This document shows positions 50,232-59,132 of a stretch of 64,000 bases of DNA, piece after piece (the first letter of the stretch is position 1; every line of letters begins with the position of its first letter). The stretch is from Spirochaetia bacterium. GTDB taxonomy: Bacteria; Spirochaetota; Spirochaetia; CADAEX01. The notes under the pieces are model-generated. The model was not told the origin of the DNA and did not search any database. It saw nothing but the letters and a program-made list of their open reading frames with translations. The translations under genes and the position numbers were made by a program. The stretch is taken from the NCBI GenBank assembly GCA_963662795.1, contig OY759746.1, positions 3,680,001 to 3,744,000 on the forward strand, written 5' to 3'.

Positions 50232-51254
50232 TTAATTTGCAAGCCATACCGGGTTTCTCTGGTTGCCGGCACCGTCCGCAAGCATATAAAAATCATCAGT
50301 TTCAGGATCAACAATATAGATATCTTCATCACCTCCGCTGTTAAGGGTAACTGCGAGTTTTGTGCCGTAAGTCGACCATGCAACCTGAACTGCTGCCCAT
50401 ACAGAGCCGTCTATAAACGATGGAGCGATCTGGTCGGGCGAAGAACCATCAGCATTTACAACAAAAAGCTGACCGTTCCATATATAGGCGACTTTTCGCC
50501 CGTCAGGAGACCAGGCTGGATTTGTAACAGCGGATGATTGGCTTGCAATCTGAAGCTGATCCGAACCGTCCGTATTCATTGTGTAGAGAAGATCGTAGCC
50601 GAAGTCGTTATCATCAAGATAGAGGATCTTATCCCCGCCAGGAGACCAGATGGGATTTTTACGTGCTGTTACACCGCCGATATTTGTCAGCTGTGTAAAG
50701 ACCGCCCCCTCCCTGTTGTATTTCCATATCTCCTGAAAACCGCTGCTGTCAGAAGAATATACTACCTTATTCCCGTCAGGCGACCAGCTGATTGCCGTAT
50801 ATCCAAGGATGTTGCCGGACGAACCCAGTGATACAGGAGTAAGGGAATTTGCTGTTTCCAGTATATAAAAATCTGTAGTTACCTGTACATCAGAAAAGGC
50901 AATAAATTTCTGATCAGGCGATACTGACATAAATTCAATATTATTTGCTCCACCCGGATAGATAATACCGTCAAATGATCCGTCAAACATGTAAAGCCTT
51001 ATATCAAGCCCGGTAGTATAGGCTACATATTCAGCCCCCCTTCCGTAGCTGTTAAAAAGTGAAGGATTTATATCGCTTACCACGACAGATGAAAAATTAT
51101 TATATCCTGAACCGTCATCATAAATCTGTATAAGCCCAGTAGCACCGCTGTCATAAAAGACTACACGCCCGTGTTCCTCGCTATCCCCTGCAGTATCCCT
51201 GCAGGAGATAAATATTATTATAATTAAAGTCAGTATTAATGCATTTTTTTTCAT
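50232..51254 (-). CDS. TolB-like (PD40) beta-propeller lipoprotein
   Basis: Lipobox-like FISC; repeated SPD/WSP-G motifs (VSPDQ, WSPDG, WSPGG, WSPDG, WSTYG). Confidence 0.88.
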   Translation of the reverse strand: MKKNALILTLIIIIFISCRDTAGDSEEHGRVVFYDSGATGLIQIYDDGSGYNNFSSVVVSDINPSLFNSYGRGAEYVAYTTGLDIRLYMFDGSFDGIIYPGGANNIEFMSVSPDQKFIAFSDVQVTTDFYILETANSLTPVSLGSSGNILGYTAISWSPDGNKVVYSSDSSGFQEIWKYNREGAVFTQLTNIGGVTARKNPIWSPGGDKILYLDDNDFGYDLLYTMNTDGSDQLQIASQSSAVTNPAWSPDGRKVAYIWNGQLFVVNADGSSPDQIAPSFIDGSVWAAVQVAWSTYGTKLAVTLNSGGDEDIYIVDPETDDFYMLADGAGNQRNPVWLAN

Positions 51255-51316
51255 AATAACTGAATTTTATCACAGATATTCTTTTTTTGAAATAATTTTT
51301 TATACCTGTTTCTGTC

Positions 51317-52138
51317 TCAGCCGCCGGAATAAAGGCTGTAGTTATGGCTGACCTCTTCAGGAGCAAGCGCCCTTGAATAGAGAATCACATTATCTATTAT
51401 CCCGTTAAAAGTAAGATGTCCGTAAGTAACGTTATATTGTGCCGGAAGCTGGGAGCCTATAATAAGATCGCCTGAAGAGTTTTTAATTGGATGAAAATCT
51501 GTAAGGTCCTGCGTGCCGATCAGAACACCGTCGACATAAAAAGAGAATTCCGTATCATCCCAGGTAGCCGCAAGATGGTGCCATTCATTAAGGCTTAATG
51601 TCGATGATGCTGTTATCTGCTTTGATGCGCCTGTTTCATTATATAAAATCATTGACGGGTAATAGTTTGACCAGTACTGAAGCGAGTATGCCTCGTCAGA
51701 GAAATCAAGCTCTATCCCCTTATGGAGTATCCCTGCAAACGAAGTATGCAGTTCCGGACAGACCCAGACCTCGACAGAACCTTCGCCGATGAGGTCAAGC
51801 GCATCGCTGTCAGGCAGTGATATAAACTCGCCGTCCCTGTCCATCATGATGCCCTGTCCCGATATGCCCGGGACCCACTCGATACCGGGGGTTATTACAA
51901 TACCGTTTTCCTCAGTCATTGTTTCATCAAGGGATAATCCTGCGGCAATTCCGTTTACAGGATCTGTAACTATCCCGTTTTCCTCAACCGCAGTCGAAGT
52001 ATTTCCTGTATCAGCGCTTCCGCCTGTCGGAGAACTTCCGCCTCCTGACGGATTCGTACATGATATTAAAACCAACACAATAAAAATTAAAGATGTAAAT
52101 ATTAATAAATTTTTTAATCTGCTATATATACGTTTCAT
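51317..52138 (-). CDS. LamG-like jellyroll (ConA-like) lipoprotein
   Basis: Lipobox LISC, Gly/Ser linker, SVEVWV, NEWHHLAATWD, FYVDG, FNGIIDNVILYSRAL. Confidence 0.88.
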   Translation of the reverse strand: MKRIYSRLKNLLIFTSLIFIVLVLISCTNPSGGGSSPTGGSADTGNTSTAVEENGIVTDPVNGIAAGLSLDETMTEENGIVITPGIEWVPGISGQGIMMDRDGEFISLPDSDALDLIGEGSVEVWVCPELHTSFAGILHKGIELDFSDEAYSLQYWSNYYPSMILYNETGASKQITASSTLSLNEWHHLAATWDDTEFSFYVDGVLIGTQDLTDFHPIKNSSGDLIIGSQLPAQYNVTYGHLTFNGIIDNVILYSRALAPEEVSHNYSLYSGG

Positions 52139-52202
52139 AATATAAAAATTATCGGCACAGAAGTGATAAAAGAAGTTTTTTTATTGAAAAAAAAATTAAT
52201 TT

Positions 52203-52227
52203 CAGTCATTTTATATTAAAATGACTG
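52203..52227. promoter_or_regulatory. Palindromic candidate operator between the divergent LamG gene and otnC
   Basis: CAGTCATTTTA-TAT-TAAAATGACTG, with perfect 11-bp arms. Confidence 0.55.
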
Positions 52228-52270
52228 TCAAAATTCCAATAGTTAAGCATAATGTCTGCAGGGTAAAGCT

Positions 52271-52900
52271 ATGAAAAAGGAATACAGGGATCTGATAGAG
52301 CTTGGTAAATATCTTGTTAAATACCGCTACGCCAGCGGATCTGCCGGCAATATTTCACTCAAAATGGATAACGGTTATGTGCTTGCATCCCCGACCAATT
52401 CACATCTGGGATCACTTTCTAAAAAGGATTTATCCCTTCTGGATGACAAAGGGAACCACATTTCCGGGCTAAAGCCTACCAAGGAAATTGAACTGCACCT
52501 TTCAATTTACAGAAGCAGAAAAGAGACCAATGCGGTGATCCATCTTCATTCAACATATCTTACAGCGTTTTCATGTCTGGAAGGACTTGACCGGTCAAGT
52601 GTGCTGAAGCCCATAACGCCCTATGTTTTAATGAAAACCGGAGATATCCCGCTTATTCCTTATTTCAAGCCGGGTTCAATAGAAATTGCGCGGAAGATAG
52701 AATCCCTTGCAGCCGGCCACTCATCATTTCTCCTTGCAAACCACGGAATAGTTGTCAGCGGCAGGACAACAACTGAGGCATGCTATAATTTCGAGGAAAT
52801 TGAAGAAACTGCGAAGCTGCACTTTCTGCTTAAGAATGAGAAGATAAACTATCTTACAGATGATGATGTATCAGCTCTGCGCAGGAGGGCTTTCAAATGA
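52271..52900 (+). CDS. otnC: Class II aldolase family, 3-oxo-tetronate 4-phosphate decarboxylase-like
   Basis: GSAGNIS, PTKE..LH, IHLHSTY, PITPY, LLANHG, EEIEETA; 4-nt overlap with otnK. Confidence 0.82.
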   Translation: MKKEYRDLIELGKYLVKYRYASGSAGNISLKMDNGYVLASPTNSHLGSLSKKDLSLLDDKGNHISGLKPTKEIELHLSIYRSRKETNAVIHLHSTYLTAFSCLEGLDRSSVLKPITPYVLMKTGDIPLIPYFKPGSIEIARKIESLAAGHSSFLLANHGIVVSGRTTTEACYNFEEIEETAKLHFLLKNEKINYLTDDDVSALRRRAFK

Positions 52901-54153
52901 GTGATCCGCTTTTCGGCTGTGTCGCAGATGATTTTACCGGAGCAAGTGATGCTGCTTCCTTTTTCCTTGCGGGAGGTCTTAAAACCCTTTTGCTTAACGG
53001 CATACCTTCCGGATCCGGAGACCGTCCTGACGGTATCCAGGCGATCGTTATTGCCCTGAAATCCCGGACACAGGAAAGCTCAATTGCTGTCAGAGATTCA
53101 CTTGAGGCTTTTGCGATGCTGAAAAAGATTGGATGCAGACAGCTTTATTTCAAGTACTGCTCAACCTTTGACTCAACACCGGAAGGTAATATCGGACCTG
53201 TCATAGACGCAGTTCTGGATAAATACAAACTGCCCTATACAATAATCTGCCCCGCCCTGCCGGTAAATAAACGTACTGTAAAAAACGGACATCTTTTTGT
53301 AAACGGAGTTCCGCTGCATAAAAGCCCGATGAAAGACCATCCGCTTACCCCCATGTGGGATTCCGACCTTAATAACCTTATCGCGGCCCAGGGTAAATAC
53401 AGGAGCTTTAATCTTGACTACAGACTTCTTGAAAAAAACAGGGTCGAAATATTTGAGAAGATATTCAATTTCAGATCTTCAATAGGCGGCAGACCTTTTT
53501 ATATTATTACAGATTATTTTAATGAAAACCACGCTGTAATTATCGCAGACCTTTTCAGAAACCATCCGTTTTTGACAGGAGGTTCAGGTCTCCCTTTCGC
53601 CCTTGCCAGGCAGAATGCGGCACAGGATAAAGCTGCTTTAAAAAACAATTTAAGCAGAGGGACTGAAGGAAGCACTCTCCTTCTTGCAGGAAGCTGCTCA
53701 ACAGCAACAAGAGGGCAGATTGCAGACTTTAAGAAAAATAAAGGTGTTTCAATTGAACTTGATCTTCCGCGTCTCTTAAAAGGGGAAATCGACAGCAGCT
53801 TTTATTCAGATTTCCTCAAGGTCAATAAAGGGCGCGACGTTCTTATACACACCCCCTCAGAAATCAGAAGCAGCGGTACCCCTGTTTCAGAATTACTTGA
53901 AAATACTATAGCCGGGATAGCATATAACGCTGTCGAAAATGGAATCAGAAAAATTGTTACAGCAGGGGGAGAAACATCCGGAGCTGTTGCCGGGAGACTT
54001 GGTTTTAATTCATATTTAATCGCAGGGAGTGTCGCGCCCGGGGTACCGGTGCTGATCCCTGTTGAAAAAGATGTTATGAGGATTATTTACAAATCAGGCA
54101 ATTTCGGCCAGGAGGATTTTTTCACAAGGGCAATTGAAGCTGTCGGAAAATAG
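52897..54153 (+). CDS. otnK: 3-oxo-tetronate kinase (four-carbon acid sugar kinase, DUF1537 family)
   Basis: ADDFTGASD, ALKSR, YFKYCSTFDST..GNIG, HPLTPM, GSCS, AGGETSG, KSGNFG. Confidence 0.9.
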   Translation: MSDPLFGCVADDFTGASDAASFFLAGGLKTLLLNGIPSGSGDRPDGIQAIVIALKSRTQESSIAVRDSLEAFAMLKKIGCRQLYFKYCSTFDSTPEGNIGPVIDAVLDKYKLPYTIICPALPVNKRTVKNGHLFVNGVPLHKSPMKDHPLTPMWDSDLNNLIAAQGKYRSFNLDYRLLEKNRVEIFEKIFNFRSSIGGRPFYIITDYFNENHAVIIADLFRNHPFLTGGSGLPFALARQNAAQDKAALKNNLSRGTEGSTLLLAGSCSTATRGQIADFKKNKGVSIELDLPRLLKGEIDSSFYSDFLKVNKGRDVLIHTPSEIRSSGTPVSELLENTIAGIAYNAVENGIRKIVTAGGETSGAVAGRLGFNSYLIAGSVAPGVPVLIPVEKDVMRIIYKSGNFGQEDFFTRAIEAVGK

Positions 54154-54160
54154 TTCAGGG

Positions 54161-55570
54161 TTATTCAAGCAAAAAGGATTCAACAAGGTTCAGTTCACCC
54201 TCTTTTATATCTGCCTTTCCGCGATTGTCCCTGTAAATAATCTGTCCCTTGCTGTAATAATCAATACGTATTGTATGTTCACCCGGGGGGAGGGTAATAT
54301 CAGCTACCCTTGCATAAGCAGGGAAATAGGGAGAAATGCGCAAATCAGCATTCTCTGTCGCATCAACGGCAATGTCGGCAGTAACCCCCAATAATAAGTC
54401 CAGGAAAGGGTTCCCGCCTGTAATTGATTCGCTGGCCTGTTTTTTACCTGATTCTTTCAGCATATTTTTAACAACAGTCCGGATAACTGTTTTACCAATA
54501 ACCAGAGGCTGTTTGATCAGAAAAATCTCCTGTGATATTTTTTCCATATTTTCCAGCAGGTCAAGGCTTTCACTGATTTTATCATCGATTACAATATCAA
54601 CCCTGTCCACTTCGCTGCCCATCATTTTCATTTTCGGATACTGGAATTTGAAATGAAATCCCCCTTTTAATCCAGGCATATAAATATTATTGAAACCTAC
54701 AACGCTCTTTACATATTCCTCATCCTGGCTGGTTGCGACTATCCATACTACATCCGGGGTTGTCTGAAGATAAAAAGTTTCAGCCAGTTTTCTTGGAGAA
54801 TTACCTGAAAAAGCTATAACTGAGAGATGGGCCTTTTCCCTGTCCATACTCAGAAGAGGGATTTCAGGCTTTTTAAACGGATAAAGCTGACTCTGGAGTT
54901 TAAAAGCTTTTTCTATCTCTTCACTTTCGATCCTCGCACTGTCAAACTTCCCTTCCATACGGTATAGAAGAAGACCCAGATAACGCGCCAGGGCATCATT
55001 GTGAAACCTGTTTTTACGGGGAACTATCTCACCTTCAGGATTTTCTGAAGTATTGTGGATTTCAATCAATTCACGGTACTTGTCTTCAAGGATGTTGAGT
55101 TTTATATGAACTCTCCTGATTTCTACAAGTGCGCTGTCCATTTCGTTAAGAGCGATATAGTTTAGGGCTTTAAAAATGTTCAGATAAATATCTTCATAAT
55201 CTTCACCACTGTAATCAAGGGCATTATCATTTAATACACCTGAGACAAGAGCTTTAGAAACACTTTTAGTATAAAGTTCCTCAATCGCGTCTTCTGCTGC
55301 TGACAGGGCAATATTGCTCTTTTCATATTCGCCGCTGAAATGGTAAAGCATACCTGTATCCAGAAAATACAGCACACGGTCTTTTTCTTTATAGCTTATC
55401 TCTTTTTGTGATTCTATGATTTTTCCGGCCGCTGCAAAATTCCTTCGCTTAAAGAATTCCGCAGCTTCCTGATACTGACTCTGGCTCGTTCTTGTGCTGG
55501 CGCATGATGCAGAGAAAATAATAATAACTAAAATTAAAAAATAATATTTTTTCTGCACCTGCATTTCCAT
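54161..55570 (-). CDS. COG3014-like lipoprotein
   Basis: Lipobox ASC; TPR-like N-terminus, YSGEDYE, ALNY, ALVEIRR, ENADLR; partner of the LpoB-like gene. Confidence 0.75.
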   Translation of the reverse strand: MEMQVQKKYYFLILVIIIFSASCASTRTSQSQYQEAAEFFKRRNFAAAGKIIESQKEISYKEKDRVLYFLDTGMLYHFSGEYEKSNIALSAAEDAIEELYTKSVSKALVSGVLNDNALDYSGEDYEDIYLNIFKALNYIALNEMDSALVEIRRVHIKLNILEDKYRELIEIHNTSENPEGEIVPRKNRFHNDALARYLGLLLYRMEGKFDSARIESEEIEKAFKLQSQLYPFKKPEIPLLSMDREKAHLSVIAFSGNSPRKLAETFYLQTTPDVVWIVATSQDEEYVKSVVGFNNIYMPGLKGGFHFKFQYPKMKMMGSEVDRVDIVIDDKISESLDLLENMEKISQEIFLIKQPLVIGKTVIRTVVKNMLKESGKKQASESITGGNPFLDLLLGVTADIAVDATENADLRISPYFPAYARVADITLPPGEHTIRIDYYSKGQIIYRDNRGKADIKEGELNLVESFLLE

Positions 55571-55584
55571 AGTTCCAGAATTTA

Positions 55585-56202
55585 TTACCAACCGGCTTTT
55601 GATTTCTTGATAAACTTTTTAACCTCTTTGGAACCAATCCAGACTTTTTCTGTGCTCTCAAGATTTACAAGTTCCAGATCTACCTGATAAAGAACTACTT
55701 TTTTCCCTTCAATCGCGTCTGTTACGGAGTTTATCTGTCCCTGCATCATGAAATCCGCACCTGTCTCTGCCGCAAGAGCCTTGGCTGTTTCAGGAGTTGC
55801 AAATATCTGCTGTTCTTTTTTCTCTGCCCTGACATCTGCCCTCTCGTCTTTGGCCGCAACAAACCTTACCCTGCCGCTGTTGATAAGTTCACGCTCAATA
55901 TCCTTTGTAAAAACTTCAGTCGCAATATGCTCTGAACTTTTATTGCGTACAGCCCCTACTATTACAACAGGATTCTGTCCGTTTTTACCGACAAAATTCA
56001 TAATCCATGGCCGTGAAAGTGAATCCTTTACCATCTCTTCCGCTACAAGCCTTGAATCTGTATCATTCCATCTTCCGCTTAAATCAATAACTTCATCAGA
56101 TTCAGTTCTTTCAACTTTGACAGAAGCACATGAAGCAAGCAGTAAAACTGCTAAAATTCCGGTAAAAAATACTTTTCCTGATATAGCTGATTTTATTCTC
56201 AT
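55585..56202 (-). CDS. LpoB-family (penicillin-binding protein activator-like) lipoprotein
   Basis: Lipobox LASC; DLSGRWNDTD, NKSSEHI, GADFMMQG, YQVDLEL, KVW. Confidence 0.82.
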   Translation of the reverse strand: MRIKSAISGKVFFTGILAVLLLASCASVKVERTESDEVIDLSGRWNDTDSRLVAEEMVKDSLSRPWIMNFVGKNGQNPVVIVGAVRNKSSEHIATEVFTKDIERELINSGRVRFVAAKDERADVRAEKKEQQIFATPETAKALAAETGADFMMQGQINSVTDAIEGKKVVLYQVDLELVNLESTEKVWIGSKEVKKFIKKSKAGW

Positions 56203-56286
56203 CTGTTTAACTCCTTAATATTTTTTAATACATCAATATTATAAACTTCATTATCCAATATTTCCATAAGGCAGTAAAATTCTTTT

Positions 56287-57537
56287 TTAGTCAAGAAGAC
56301 AGCATATTACCTTGTCTATCCTCTTGATGCGGTTACTTAAATCCTTTCTCTCCCCCTCACTTAATCCCTGAGGGGAGGAGTTTTTAATCTTATCAAGAAG
56401 TATTTCAACGCTGTCAACCGCTTCTTTCAGGGAAAGATCATCATCCATCCCTCTTTTGAATACAGGTTCCAAATCTGCAATCAGTAATTCTGTTTTTTTA
56501 TTTCCCGGCAGAGTTTTTAGAACGTTATCAGGGACAGCAAGAAGTTCTGCAATTTTCCCCTTAAGGCTTTTCAGACGGAGGGAAGCATTGTTCATATTTC
56601 CAATGCTGAAATCAAGTTTTTTCCTGTAATGCTTTGTTGCGGTAAGGAAAAATCTGAGTTCGATTGGGAAGTACCCGGATTCATAAACACCTTCAGGATA
56701 GAGGATATTGCCTCTGCTTTTTGACATGGACCTGCCGTCTATCAGGAGATGCTCACCATGGAGATAATAGTTTGCATACTCCTTTCCTGTATAGGATTCC
56801 ATCACAGCAATGTTGTAATCATGGTGCCGGTAAATATTATCAATACCGCCGCAATTAATATCAACCTGCTCCCCCAGATGTTTTACAATCATGGCAGGGT
56901 CCTGAACGTTCCAGGAAGGCCTTCCCCTTCCTATAGAAGTATCCCAGAAATGAACATGTTCACCCCTGTCCGCATGCCAAAGGATGAAATCGCCCTTATT
57001 CCACCGGTTGCCGTTATATGTGTCCCTGCGGAAACGGACCTTCTTTTCAGGCCACTTGTTCATATCAAGACCGAAAAGTTTCCCAAATCCGGAAAAAGTA
57101 AGCGGATCAAAGAACACATCCTTACCGTAGTAATAGGCATGTCCCTTTTGTATAAGTGTTTGAATTATCTCAACCGCTTCAGAAACACTGCCTGAAGAAG
57201 TGGGTATTACATCGGGAAGCTTTATCCTTAAATCATTGGATTCACTGTAAAAATGATCTGCCGCAGCTGAAGTTATTTCTTCAATTTTCAGCTCCCGGGT
57301 AAGAGATTCCTCGATTGTCTTATCCTCAAGATCTGTAAAATTTATTATCCTCTTTACATCATAACCGAGGTATTCAAGATAACGGATCAGAATATCTTCA
57401 TAGAGAAATGTCCTGTAATTGCCTATATGAGGTCTTCTGTATATTGAAGGGCCGCAGGTAAAAACCTTTACCTTTCCCGATTCCCGGGATTTGAATAATT
57501 CACTCTGCCCGCTCATGCTGTTTTTAAGTTTTAACAA
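56287..57537 (-). CDS. Cysteinyl-tRNA synthetase-like paralog (altered Zn site, no C-terminal anticodon-binding domain)
   Basis: TCGPSIY, HIGN, NFTDLEDK, DFILW, GRPSW, SMSKS and DALR-like MDDDL present; WHIEC replaced by WNVQD and HHENE by HHDYN; likely TTG start at 57537. Confidence 0.85.
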   Translation of the reverse strand: MLKLKNSMSGQSELFKSRESGKVKVFTCGPSIYRRPHIGNYRTFLYEDILIRYLEYLGYDVKRIINFTDLEDKTIEESLTRELKIEEITSAAADHFYSESNDLRIKLPDVIPTSSGSVSEAVEIIQTLIQKGHAYYYGKDVFFDPLTFSGFGKLFGLDMNKWPEKKVRFRRDTYNGNRWNKGDFILWHADRGEHVHFWDTSIGRGRPSWNVQDPAMIVKHLGEQVDINCGGIDNIYRHHDYNIAVMESYTGKEYANYYLHGEHLLIDGRSMSKSRGNILYPEGVYESGYFPIELRFFLTATKHYRKKLDFSIGNMNNASLRLKSLKGKIAELLAVPDNVLKTLPGNKKTELLIADLEPVFKRGMDDDLSLKEAVDSVEILLDKIKNSSPQGLSEGERKDLSNRIKRIDKVICCLLD

Positions 57538-57628
57538 TGTATACCTTCTGCAAGTAAAAAAGTTTCTATAAAAAGATACCAAAGATAAGCTCACCCGGCA
57601 ACGGATATTGATGCAGTTTTAAGGCAGA

Positions 57629-57657
57629 TTGACAATTGCACCTAACATGATTACTTT
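57629..57657 (+). promoter_or_regulatory. Sigma70 promoter of the methyltransferase gene (probably leaderless)
   Basis: TTGACA-N17-TACTTT-N7-ATG(57665); no SD. Confidence 0.6.
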
Positions 57658-57664
57658 ACATATC

Positions 57665-58267
57665 ATGCGGAATGAAGAAAAAATAAAAAACCACTACTAT
57701 CCCCGGCTTGAAAATTTCAGGGAAACACATAAAATTCTGGATTGGGAAAGCAGGGAGGCCCAGTTTGCAAGATTCGAGGTGCTTACGAGGCATGTATCTC
57801 TTGACGGAAAATCTGTACTTGATGCAGGGTGCGGCTGCGGCGATCTTTTTTCAATGCTTAAAGAAAGAGGGATTATAGTATCCTACACAGGGGTTGATAT
57901 CCTTCCGGCAATGATTGAAAAAGCACAGTCTCTTCATGACGACGGGCAATTCCTCTGCGGGGATCTCTTTGGTGAAGAACCTGTATGCACGGAAAAATTT
58001 GACGTGGTTTTTACATCGGGAATATTCAATCTCAATCTCGGTAATAATGCCGCATTCTTTGACGCGGCTCTTCCTGTTCTGCACAGGCTTGCAAGGGAAA
58101 CGCTTGTCATAAACCTGCTTGATGAGGCAAGTCCGGACAGGGATAATAATTACTTTTATTTTAATCCTGAAGATACAAAAGCAAAAATGGAATCTATCGG
58201 CAGACAGGTTACAATAGTCAAAGATTACCTTTTAAACGATTTTACCCTTATAGGTATCCTTCAGTAG
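57665..58267 (+). CDS. Class I SAM-dependent methyltransferase
   Basis: W.S.E.Q..RF, VLDAGCGCG, YTGVDI, SGIFN. Confidence 0.88.
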   Translation: MRNEEKIKNHYYPRLENFRETHKILDWESREAQFARFEVLTRHVSLDGKSVLDAGCGCGDLFSMLKERGIIVSYTGVDILPAMIEKAQSLHDDGQFLCGDLFGEEPVCTEKFDVVFTSGIFNLNLGNNAAFFDAALPVLHRLARETLVINLLDEASPDRDNNYFYFNPEDTKAKMESIGRQVTIVKDYLLNDFTLIGILQ

Positions 58268-58305
58268 TTAAACTAATTATCAGGATATGCACTGCTAAAT
58301 CTATA

Positions 58306-58950
58306 TCAAAGAGACCTGCATATCATTACTGCAAAATGCATACTGAAATTTATTTTGTCCGCCCCTTTTATCAGCAGTCTCTGTTCTTTCAGCAATTCCA
58401 TATTGTTATTTTTAAGCAGATTATTAATATAAAGCGGAGAATGCCTGAATATCGGTACGCCCCAGTCTGTATCTTCCCTCAAGAAATCTGCAGGCAGCCC
58501 GTGGGGAGCAAAGGAAAAAGCAATGATTCCTCCGCTTCTGACTACCCTTTTGATCTCTGAAAAGATTTGAGTTAAATCATCAACAAAATGAAGTACACCG
58601 CAGCAGACAGCATGATCAAAAAATCCTTTCCGGTACGGTATTTTTTCCCTTGCAATATCGAACAGGCTGAGTTCTTCAGTAAAAGATTTCGCTTTACAGG
58701 CATCAAGCATATCCTGTGAGTAATCCAGACCATAGACTTTAAGCCCTGTTTCCGCAAAATGGATGGAAGCCAAACCGGTTCCGATACCGATATCCAGAAG
58801 CTTTTCGCCGGGATTTATATATTCATAACTCATTCCAAATATAACTTCATGACCATAGCTGTTATATGCTCTGACTTCTTTGTCATAATTATCTGCGAAT
58901 TCCCTGTACTGCAGCTCTTTTTGTTTCTGACTCACTATAACTTCTTCCAT
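58306..58950 (-). CDS. Class I SAM-dependent methyltransferase
   Basis: LLDIGIGTG, GLDYS..ML, FDHAV..GVLHF. Confidence 0.88.
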   Translation of the reverse strand: MEEVIVSQKQKELQYREFADNYDKEVRAYNSYGHEVIFGMSYEYINPGEKLLDIGIGTGLASIHFAETGLKVYGLDYSQDMLDACKAKSFTEELSLFDIAREKIPYRKGFFDHAVCCGVLHFVDDLTQIFSEIKRVVRSGGIIAFSFAPHGLPADFLREDTDWGVPIFRHSPLYINNLLKNNNMELLKEQRLLIKGADKINFSMHFAVMICRSL

Positions 58951-59100
58951 ATATTCAGATTTGATTTAAAATAATCTTAAATATTAAGGCTGAAGTAATT
59001 ATATTACAGTTTACCGATATTTGGAACTTAAGAAGTTTATATAAAAATCTTTTTTCCGGAGTACAGTCTTGACATAATAAAAATTAGATAAGATATTAAA

Positions 59101-59120
59101 TAACAAACCTGTTTTCATAT
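59101..59120. promoter_or_regulatory. Candidate KdgR-like operator upstream of the IclR gene
   Basis: TAACAAACCTGTTTTCATAT, 16/20 identical to the site before dctP; lies just downstream of TTGACA(59069)-N17-GATATT. Confidence 0.6.
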
Positions 59121-59132
59121 GAGGAACATACA

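Noticed and set aside
52149-52156. Sigma28 -10 box GCCGATAA upstream of the LamG lipoprotein gene (minus strand)
   Set aside because: No TAAA -35 element at the expected 15-16 nt spacing
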